From the NCBI GenBank assembly GCA_014192425.1, contig BJHK01000001.1, forward strand, positions 2,623-66,622: a DNA stretch of 64,000 bases, written 5' to 3'. Source of the stretch: Planctomycetia bacterium. Its GTDB lineage: Bacteria; Planctomycetota; Planctomycetia; Pirellulales; UBA1268. Below the pieces are notes generated by a model that saw only the letters and a program-made list of their open reading frames with translations, was not told the DNA's origin and ran no database searches. The position numbers and the translations under genes were made by a program. Shown here piece by piece: positions 38,130 to 45,444 of the stretch; positions within the stretch are counted from its first letter, which is position 1, and each line of letters opens with the position of its first letter.

Positions 38130-38913
38130 AAACCTCGGTGCGAGCTCCGCTTCGGCGCCGCGATTCGACGTCGCCGGTCAGGTGGCGCTGGTCACCGGCG
38201 CCGCGCGCGGCCTGGGAAACGCGATCGCGATCGCGCTGGCACAGGCGGGCGCCGACATCGCGCTTGGCTTGCGCGACGTCAGCTCAGGCGGTGAACTGGT
38301 GGAGGCGATCAAGGGCACCGGTCGGCGCGTGTTGCCGCTGCAGATGGACGTCACGCGGCGCGAGCAGATCCAGTCCGCCGTCGCCCAGGCCGAGCGCCAT
38401 TTCGGACGCATCGACATCCTGGTGAACAACGCAGGCATCGGTCCGCCCAACCCGGCCGAAGACGTGACCGAGGAGGATTTCGATCTGACGCTGGCCGTGA
38501 ATCTGAAGGGGACGTTCTTTGTCAGTCAGGCGGTGGGGCGCGTGATGATCAAGAACCGCTTCGGAAGGATCATCAATCTCAGCTCGCAGGCCGGGTTCGT
38601 GGGTTTGCCGACGGAGTCCGTCTATTGCATGACCAAGGCCGCGATCGCGCACCTGACCAAATGCCTGGCCGTCGAATGGGGGCAACACGGCATCACCGTC
38701 AACGCGGTGGCGCCGACGTTCATCCGGACCCCGGGCACCGTGAAATGGCTGAAGGACGATGCCTTTCGAAACGACTTGCTGGCCAAGATCCCACTGGGAC
38801 GGGTCGGTGATCCCATCGACGTGTCGGGCGCGGTGGTGTTCTTGGCGTCGCCCGCGGCGGCGCTGATCACCGGCACCACGCTGATGATCGACGGTGGTTT
38901 CACGGCGCGTTGA
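38101..38913 (+). CDS. short-chain dehydrogenase/reductase (SDR) family oxidoreductase
   Basis: VTGAARGLGNAIA (TGxxxGxG), NNAG, and the S...YCMTKAA catalytic motif. 270 aa. Confidence 0.9.
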   Translation: MTNTISAEDKNLGASSASAPRFDVAGQVALVTGAARGLGNAIAIALAQAGADIALGLRDVSSGGELVEAIKGTGRRVLPLQMDVTRREQIQSAVAQAERHFGRIDILVNNAGIGPPNPAEDVTEEDFDLTLAVNLKGTFFVSQAVGRVMIKNRFGRIINLSSQAGFVGLPTESVYCMTKAAIAHLTKCLAVEWGQHGITVNAVAPTFIRTPGTVKWLKDDAFRNDLLAKIPLGRVGDPIDVSGAVVFLASPAAALITGTTLMIDGGFTAR

Positions 38914-39169
38914 GCATCAAACAAGCCGGGGGTTCGACCGGTGTTGCATGAAGGTGCTGAACATGAGCCGAGCGAAAGGCCTTCGAGGATCCTGGAGTTT
39001 CCGCATGGTGCTTCTGTGCGGCGCCGCGGTCGGCTGCAGTGCCGGTCAGACGACGCCTGGCGGTGACGCCGGGGGGTCACGGAGAGCACCAAGGCGTGTC
39101 CTGTGCGACACAGATTCTTGGGCACGGCACGGCACGGTCCTGCGTGTGCCCGCTGCGGGCGATTGGGCG

Positions 39170-39277
39170 CGCGTGAATGTTGATCACGGGCAGATCGTGG
39201 GGAGTCATCTGGACGCCATCGCGGTCGTCGTGGACCTGCAAGAGCTCACCCCATTCAGTAGGCGGGCCGCGCACCCG
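39170..39277 (-). mobile_element. isolated C-terminal fragment of an IS91-family transposase gene
   Basis: RGPPTEWGELLQVHDDRDGVQMTPHDLPVINIHA parallels the tail at 40500-40608 (ARGPPTDWGELVQAHDDREAVQVSPDELSVIDIHSL) but lies on the opposite strand. Confidence 0.5.
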
Positions 39278-39315
39278 GGACGGACCTGCAACCGGCCCAA
39301 CGGCATCATGCGGCC

Positions 39316-39573
39316 ATGCCATTCCGCCTCGCCGCCATCGCCGCCATGCTCGTTTCGGTTCCGCTTCACGCCGCCGAACCTGCCCCGCTCAAACCGATCC
39401 GCGTGATCCTCGTCGGCGACTCAACCGTCACCGACACGGCCGGATGGGGCACAGGCCTGGCGACGTTGGTCCGACCGGAAGCGACCGTCGTGAATCACGC
39501 CCGAGGCGGCGCGAGTACGAGCGCTACGCCGCCGCCGGGCTCCGCCCCGCGGTATCCGCCCGCCACGGGTTAG
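39316..39573 (+). pseudogene. N-terminal fragment of an SGNH/GDSL hydrolase (rhamnogalacturonan acetylesterase-like)
   Basis: Signal peptide then IRVILVGDSTVTDTAGWGTGL...VVNHARGGAS (blocks I and II). The frame then degenerates into Pro/Ala-rich sequence and stops. Confidence 0.5.
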
Positions 39574-39799
39574 AGGCCCGGTTTCTGAGTCGTGGCCACG
39601 GTGCTCGGCGAACGCCGGCGGCACGGGCCTGACCGGCCGCCGCCTCGGCATGCCCCCGATTCGTTTGCTCGGCCGACGAGCCTTGCGATCGGCTGGTGGC
39701 GAACCGCTCCGTCCCGCGGAGAGTGTACGGCCGTGTACTCCTGCCGTCCACCTGCCGGTCCGCCCATGGTTGCCGCGGTCACAGGGTTTCCCGCGCGAA

Positions 39800-40608
39800 G
39801 CCGACGCCGCCCGCGCGGTCTGCATGGCGTGCCGCACGGGATTCGTCGCGGCCTTCTCCTGCAAGGGCCGCGGCGTCTGCCCGTCCTGCAACGGCAGGCA
39901 CATGGCACAGACGGCGGCGCATCTCGCCGATCACGTCATCCTGCCGGTGCCCGTGCGGCAGTGGGTGATCTCCGTGCCGAAGCGATTGCGGGACATGCTG
40001 GCCGACCAACCCCGAGCCGTCGCCGCACGATCCGCTGGTTCAGGCTTGCGGGCCTGCTCGACGCTGCGGCCGCCGCCGACATGCTGGCCTGGGAGAACAG
40101 CGGATTTTCAGGAGACGCGAGTGTCAGGATCGCGCTCAATAGACCGCGACGTGCCGAGCTATTTTCAGAGTCTGGAACACCTGCTGCGGTATTGCGCCCG
40201 CCCGCCCTTCGCGCTCGAGCGACTCGAATCAAAAGCCCCGCTCGCACGACACGTCGCGAATCGCCTGGGCGAAACTCCTGGCCCGGGTGGGTGAGGAGTT
40301 TCCCCTCGAGTGCCCAGCGTGCGGCGGCGACATCCGGCTGATCGCGTTCAGACTGCTTTCCGAGTGCGAAACCATCCCTGGCCTTCGCACTCTTGGCAAC
40401 CTCCGGTTGCTGCGGACTTCCTGTCCGCGAGCCGGGGCCGATCCGGAAGATTCTCACACACCTCGGCGAACCACTCGAGCCACCACCAGTCTCGCCGGCC
40501 CGGGGACCGCCCACCGACTGGGGCGAGCTTGTCCAGGCTCATGACGACCGCGAAGCGGTTCAGGTGTCGCCCGACGAGCTGTCCGTGATCGACATCCACA
40601 GCCTCTAA
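39800..40608 (+). mobile_element. IS91-family transposase gene remnant (several deletions and frameshifts)
   Basis: CMACRTGFVAAFSCKGRGVCPSCNGRHM...LPVPVRQWVISVPKRLR (zinc-binding N-terminus), WENSGFSGDASVRI, LEHLLRYCARPPFALERL, PLECPACGGDIRLIAF and ILTHLGEPLEPPPVSPARGPP are spread over three frames in ~0.8 kb instead of ~1.2 kb. Confidence 0.6.
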
Positions 40609-40838
40609 GCCGTGCCGGACGCGAGGTCAAACCAAAGCCCCCAGGCGGCCGAACTCGGACAGCCTCCGCACTGACGCCAGAAAAATGCCACTCCAGAGGG
40701 GAGGGCAGCCGTTCCGGGAGCAGCTGATCAGGTGCCGGAAAACGCGGCACCAGCCTCACCAGCCGCCCATCGGCTCGGAAATGCCTGTCGACATGGTTGC
40801 GGAAGTGCCATTGACCGGACTACCCTTCTTAAAACAAG

Positions 40839-41716
40839 TGCGCCCGGGTGGACTCGAACCAGCGGGCTATCTTCACGCCCGGCCTCGCCCTCCGGGCTCG
40901 CCAGGCTTTGGCACCGTCCGGTGCCTGGTGCTGGGCGGGCATCGTGCCCACCAGTCTGACGCAGTACGCCCGGGTGGACTCGAACCAGCGGGCTATCTTC
41001 ACGCCCGGCCTCGCCCTCCGGGCTCGCCAGGCTTGGCACCGTCCGGTGCCTGGTGCTGGGCGGGCATCGTGCCCGCCAGTCTGACGCAGTACGCCCGGGT
41101 GGACTCGAACCAGCGGGCTATCTTCACGCCCGGCCTCGCCCTCCGGGCTCGCCAGGCTTTGGCACCGTCCGGTGCCTGGTGCTGGGCGGGCATCGTGCCC
41201 ACCAGTCTGACGCAGTACGCCCGGGTGGACTCGAACCAGCGGGCTATCTTCACGCCCGGCCTCGCCCTCCGGGCTCGCCAGGCTTGGCACCGTCCGGTGC
41301 CTGGTGCTGGGCGGGCATCGTGCCCGCCAGTCTGACGCAGTACGCCCGGGTGGACTCGAACCAGCGGGCTATCTTCACGCCCGGCCTCGCCCTCCGGGCT
41401 CGCCAGGCTTTGGCACCGTCCGGTGCCTGGTGCTGGGCGGGCATCGTGCCCACCAGTCTGACGCAGTACGCCCGGGTGGACTCGAACCAGCGGGCTATCT
41501 TCACGCCCGGCCTCGCCCTCCGGGCTCGCCAGGCTTGGCACCGTCCGGTGCCTGGTGCTGGGCGGGCATCGTGCCCGCCAGTCTGACGCAGTACGCCCGG
41601 CTGGACTCGAACCAGCGGGCTATCTTCACGCCTGGCCTCGCCCTCCGGGCTCGCCAGGCTTGGCACCGTCCGGTGCCTGGTGCTGGGCGGGCATCGTGCC
41701 CACCAGTCTGACGCAG
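40839..41716 (-). repeat. tandem array of seven 125/126-bp units, each = tRNA-Arg 3' 26 nt + 99-100-nt hairpin-rich module
   Basis: Unit boundaries 40839, 40965, 41090, 41216, 41341, 41467, 41592, ending at 41716. Strictly alternating A (126 bp) and B (125 bp) variants. See findings. Confidence 0.95.
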
Positions 41717-41790
41717 TACGCCCGGCTGGACTCGAACCAGCGACCCTGGGATTAGAAATCCCATGCTCTATCCGACTGAGCTACGGGCGC
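41717..41790 (-). tRNA. tRNA-Arg (anticodon TCT)
   Basis: 74 nt folded by hand: acceptor GCGCCCG/CGGGCGT (G1-U72 wobble), D arm GCTC-AGTCGGATA-GAGC, anticodon arm TGGGA-TTTCTAA-TCCCA, T arm GCTGG-TTCGAGT-CCAGC, discriminator A. No encoded CCA. Confidence 0.9.
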
Positions 41791-41956
41791 GAAGCGGGAC
41801 GCATCCCCCGGCCAAAGGCGACGGGGTGCTCCACCCTCCAAATACTACCACGCGACCACGATGGGCGGGCCCGCTGGGCCGCTTCACGGCCGCCTTGATC
41901 GCGGTCAGCGCGAGCAGCGCCGCCTTCATGAGCGGGATAAGATCGGGCATCTTCAT
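41768..41956 (-). CDS. possible small ORF with strong Shine-Dalgarno that reads into the tRNA-Arg gene
   Basis: AAGGAGGT 4 nt upstream of the ATG at 41956. Product MKMPDLIPLMKAALLALTAIKAAVK... The frame only closes 23 nt inside the tRNA gene. Confidence 0.25.
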   Translation of the reverse strand: MKMPDLIPLMKAALLALTAIKAAVKRPSGPAHRGRVVVFGGWSTPSPLAGGCVPLRARSSVG

Positions 41957-42103
41957 CACGACCTCCTTGGCATGGTTGGGCAGGCACGTCCTGCCCGGCA
42001 CGCCCGCACGATATACAAGGCGTTTCGGACCGGCTTTCACGCCCGCGGCCGAGCGCGCGGCCGGAACCGAAATCACCCTTCGCCGCTCGCGGAGACCAGC
42101 GCC

Positions 42104-42244
42104 ATGCCAACGCGATACTGGATCATCCTCGCCCTCAGCCTGCTCGCCGGGATCGCGGTCCTGTTCTCGCGGCCCACCGGCCGCAAGCCGCGGTCCAGCG
42201 TTCCGTGGCGCGGGCAGGTCAAGCCGCCCCCGCCGCCGCCGTGA
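42104..42244 (+). CDS. possible 46-aa single-pass membrane peptide
   Basis: MPTRYWIILALSLLAGIAVLFSRP... followed by a Pro-rich tail. GGAGA about 9 nt upstream. Confidence 0.3.
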   Translation: MPTRYWIILALSLLAGIAVLFSRPTGRKPRSSVPWRGQVKPPPPPP

Positions 42245-42285
42245 CCGGGGCGCCTGGCGCGTTCGCCGCGGCTGAGCGTTGGGTC

Positions 42286-42768
42286 CTACACCTTGACGAA
42301 GCCCTGGCGGATGCCGTCCAGGTAGCGCTGCCGCATGCTGCCCAGCAGCATTCCAAGGTAGGCGTTGGCGCCGAGCGAAAGAAACAGCGCCATCAGGCTC
42401 GCCAGCAGCCAAGGCAGCAGCGAACTCGGCTTCACCGGCTGCTTCACGGTGCTGTCGACGGTGGCCATCGTGGACAGGCCGGCCGGCTGCACGGGCAGGC
42501 GGTCGCGCGGCCGGCTCGCCGCATCGCGCACGAGCCGATCCGTCGGCGGCGGCCAGTTGTCGGCGACGAAGATCCTCACGCGCCGGACGTCGCGGGCGTC
42601 GGCGGGCACTTCGCTCGTGAACTGGTACGGGCTGGCATTGCGAACCACGTCTGGCTCAACGCGAACGAGGTATTCGCCCCCCGCGCCGTCGGCGGCCGGC
42701 ACGTAGGCCGCCTCGATGCCCGAGAGCAGGAACGCCGCCGTCAGCAACAGGGAGTCGAGGGTCATCAA
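42286..42768 (-). CDS. hypothetical protein with N-terminal signal-like and C-terminal TM segments
   Basis: 160 aa. MMTLDSLLLTAAFLLSGIEA at the N-terminus, LLPWLLASLMALFLSLGANAYLGMLL near the C-terminus. Confidence 0.55.
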   Translation of the reverse strand: MMTLDSLLLTAAFLLSGIEAAYVPAADGAGGEYLVRVEPDVVRNASPYQFTSEVPADARDVRRVRIFVADNWPPPTDRLVRDAASRPRDRLPVQPAGLSTMATVDSTVKQPVKPSSLLPWLLASLMALFLSLGANAYLGMLLGSMRQRYLDGIRQGFVKV

Positions 42769-42789
42769 CGGTTCTCCGCAAGGATCGGG

Positions 42790-43914
42790 TCAGAAGGATT
42801 TCAACGTCCCGGCGGCCTTCTCTGCAACTCCAGCCCGCGGCGGTTCCCGCGGCCCCTGGTTTTCCCCGGTTTCCGCCGGGACAGAGCCGGCGGCCATCGT
42901 GTCGAGCTCCACCTGAAGCATGGTCAGGGCTGCCTGCAGGAAGGCCACCGCAATCGGGCCGACGAAGATCCCGATCGGCCCCAGGGCCCCGACGCCGCCG
43001 AGCACGCTGAGCAGGGCGAGAAGCGGATGGAGCTTCGACTGGCCCTGGAGGACCATCGGCTTGACCACGTTGTCGATCGTGGACACGACGCACAGCCCCC
43101 AGGCGACGAGGCCGGCCGCCGCCCACGTGTCCTTGACGAAAAACAACAGGTACAGGCTGGCCGTCACCCAGACGGCAGCCGCGCCCACGAACGGCACGAG
43201 GGCGCCGAAGAAGGTGAGGATCGTGAGCAGGAAGACATTTCCCAGGCCGGCCCAGGCGAAGCCGATCCCGGCGAGCAGCGCCTGCACGAGCGCCCCGAGC
43301 AGTGTCGAACTGACCACGGCCCGGCTCACCTCCTCGAACTCCTCGAGCAGCTGCCACTGGTAGCGGGTGTCGAGCGGCACGAGGCGGGTGACGCCCTCCA
43401 GCATGCGCCGGCCGTCGGCGAGGAAGTAGAACAGGCTGACCGTCATCACGAGCAGCCCGATGACGAGCTTGAGGAGCACGACCGGCGCCCGCTTGACCAC
43501 CGGGCCGATCCCCTCCTCCGCCAGCCGGCCGATCTCGGCGTTGACGCTCTCCGCCGTGAGCTGCAGCCCCGTCGCCTCGCCGACCCGGGCCACGAGCCCG
43601 TCGAGCACCGCCGGGTCGAGCCGGAGGCCGCCCGGCGCGTGCACGAGCTTCGAGGCCTCGCCGACGGCACGAAACAGGAGCAGCGACACCGGGGCGAGCA
43701 CCAGCAGCAGGACGAACGCGGTCGTCAGCGCCGCCGCCACCCACTCGGGCATCCGCAGGCGGTCGCGCAGCCGGCGGTGCAGCGGGCCGACGATCACGAC
43801 CAGCATCGCCGCCAGGAGCAGCGGCAGGAGGAAGGCCGCCATGACCCGCAGCGAAAGCAGGCCGAACACGGCGACGAGGCCGAGGATCATGCCGAGCGAG
43901 ATGAGCCTGGTCAT
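42790..43914 (-). CDS. AI-2E family transporter (PerM/UPF0118)
   Basis: ATG at 43914, ~8 TM helices. FGALVPFVGAAAVW and IDNVVKPMV motifs typical of the family. Confidence 0.85.
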   Translation of the reverse strand: MTRLISLGMILGLVAVFGLLSLRVMAAFLLPLLLAAMLVVIVGPLHRRLRDRLRMPEWVAAALTTAFVLLLVLAPVSLLLFRAVGEASKLVHAPGGLRLDPAVLDGLVARVGEATGLQLTAESVNAEIGRLAEEGIGPVVKRAPVVLLKLVIGLLVMTVSLFYFLADGRRMLEGVTRLVPLDTRYQWQLLEEFEEVSRAVVSSTLLGALVQALLAGIGFAWAGLGNVFLLTILTFFGALVPFVGAAAVWVTASLYLLFFVKDTWAAAGLVAWGLCVVSTIDNVVKPMVLQGQSKLHPLLALLSVLGGVGALGPIGIFVGPIAVAFLQAALTMLQVELDTMAAGSVPAETGENQGPREPPRAGVAEKAAGTLKSF

Positions 43915-44124
43915 GGAGGGCTTCCGAATATGGACCGAGGAACCGCGGGGGTGTGCCCCAAAGTCTATCTGTCCGTGGAAAAAGCCAGCCGTGGCCTTTT
44001 CCCCCGTGGTCGATCGCAGGATACGCCGCGGGTTTCCTGGGTCGACGGTCGCCGCATCGTGCGGCGGCAGACTTGTTCCACAGTCTGCCATGGAGACGAC
44101 ACGCTGCGGGGCAGGCGCGGCCCG

Positions 44125-44847
44125 TCAGGAGACGGCTGCGCGGGCCGGCGCCGGCCACGAGTCCGGGAGCGGCACCTCGGCGACGACGTCGGCGCCGGTG
44201 TCCGGGTCGCGGAAACCGATCCGCCAGGCGTGCAGGGCGATCGGCGGCTCGATGCCCGCTTCGGCGGCCGGGCCGCTCCAGTCGGTGTCGGCGGCCGGAT
44301 CGTAGAGCCGGTCGCCCACGATCGGCAGGCCGCGGGCCGCGGCCTGCAGCCGCAGTTGATGCATCCGCCCGGTGCGCGGCTCGAGCCCGAGGATGGCGCG
44401 GCCTGCTGCGGGGACGTCGGCGGCGAGCGTCCGTGCCACCGTCAGGGCCAGCTTCCCCTCCGCCGCATCCGCCAGCCGCGCGCGGGCCTCGTCCGGTACC
44501 TTCACGACCTGGTCGTGCCATTCCGCGCCGGCAGCGGACGGCGGCAGATCGCCGCGGCACTCGACGATGGCCAGGTAGTGCTTGGCGACCAGCCGGCGCT
44601 CGAACTGCCGCGACAGCTGCCGGGCCGCGCGGGGCGTGGCGGCCATCAGCAGCACGCCCGACACGGCCCGGTCGAGACGGTGCGGGATGCCGAGGTAGGC
44701 GCCGGGGGCGAGCCGGCCGCGCAGCCAGCGCTCGACCGAGTCGATGCCCGGTGGCGCCTGCGTCGCCAGGCCCGGAGGCTTGGCCAGCGCGATCACGCCG
44801 GAGCGTTCGAACAGCACCCGAGGTTCGTGCATCGGCGTCGATTCCAT
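44125..44847 (-). CDS. RluA-family pseudouridine synthase
   Basis: GIPHRLDRAVSGVLLMA catalytic Asp motif, KHYLAIV and HQLRLQAA motifs. 240 aa. Confidence 0.85.
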   Translation of the reverse strand: MESTPMHEPRVLFERSGVIALAKPPGLATQAPPGIDSVERWLRGRLAPGAYLGIPHRLDRAVSGVLLMAATPRAARQLSRQFERRLVAKHYLAIVECRGDLPPSAAGAEWHDQVVKVPDEARARLADAAEGKLALTVARTLAADVPAAGRAILGLEPRTGRMHQLRLQAAARGLPIVGDRLYDPAADTDWSGPAAEAGIEPPIALHAWRIGFRDPDTGADVVAEVPLPDSWPAPARAAVS

Positions 44848-44894
44848 GGGGACCGGGGCACTCCCGGCGGCGGCGGGCAGCGTAGCAGACGACC

Positions 44895-45401
44895 GTGGTC
44901 AGGCACCGGCCCGACGTCGTGCTGCTTGACGTGCGGCTCGGAGACGAGGACGGGCTCGACGCGATCGGCCCGCTGCGCGACGCGGCCCCCGGCGTCCGCG
45001 TCCTGATCCTGTCGGCCTTCGACAACCCCACGTACGTCGCCCGGGCGGCCTCGGCTGGAGCCCACGACTACCTGTCCAAGACGATCGGCCGGGCCGCCCT
45101 GATCGAGGCGGTCACGAGTGCAGCCCGGGGCACGATTCCGGCCCGCACAAGTGCGCTGCGCAAGGTTTCGGCCGCGATTGCCAACCGTGACCTGCCCGCC
45201 GGAGCCGACGTGCCGCTGACGCCGCGCGAGACTCAGGTGCTGCGGTCGCTGGCCATGGGGCTTTCCAACCGCGAGATCGCCGCCACGTTCGGGATCAGCG
45301 TGGAGACGGTGAAGGAGCACGTGCAGAACCTGCTGCGGAAGACCGCCCTCGGCGATCGCACGCAGGCGGCGGTGTGGGCCATCCGGCGCGGCCTCGCCTG
45401 A
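44895..45401 (+). CDS. LuxR/NarL-type response regulator lacking the N-terminal third of the receiver domain
   Basis: Starts (GTG) at ..RPDVVLLDVRLGDEDGL, the beta3 phospho-acceptor region. C-terminal HTH LTPRETQVLRSLAMGLSNREIA. In-frame stop at 44883-44885 just upstream. Confidence 0.7.
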   Translation: MVRHRPDVVLLDVRLGDEDGLDAIGPLRDAAPGVRVLILSAFDNPTYVARAASAGAHDYLSKTIGRAALIEAVTSAARGTIPARTSALRKVSAAIANRDLPAGADVPLTPRETQVLRSLAMGLSNREIAATFGISVETVKEHVQNLLRKTALGDRTQAAVWAIRRGLA

Positions 45402-45444
45402 GCGGCGGTCTGGACACATCGGCCGGGCCGGCCGACGGCGGTCG

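Noticed and set aside
38894-39406. 170-aa plus-strand ORF downstream of the SDR gene
   Set aside because: Only its first ~35 residues look like a lipoprotein signal. The rest is the antisense of the IS91 tail fragment, so it is at best a truncated remnant.
40839-41716. Seven extra tRNA genes or pseudo-tRNAs
   Set aside because: Only 26 nt (T arm plus the 3' acceptor strand) are tRNA-like. No D arm, anticodon arm or 5' acceptor strand is present, so these are not tRNA genes.
40839-41716. CRISPR array (also considered for 62567-62710)
   Set aside because: The units are contiguous tandem repeats with no unique spacers between them, and no cas genes are in the window.
40685-41764. Set of ORFs on both strands encoding repeated peptides (..RPAPGTGRCQSLASPEGEAGRED.., ..GGLEPAGYLHARPRPPGSPG..)
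   Set aside because: They merely reflect the 125/126-bp tandem repeat being free of stops in several frames. Both strands are open, there is no start or RBS context, and part of each unit is tRNA-derived.
42205-45031. 933-aa plus-strand and 791-aa minus-strand ORFs covering the same region
   Set aside because: Both are low-complexity Arg/Pro/Gly-rich translations. They overlap the well-supported AI-2E transporter, RluA and hypothetical genes in other frames or on the other strand.
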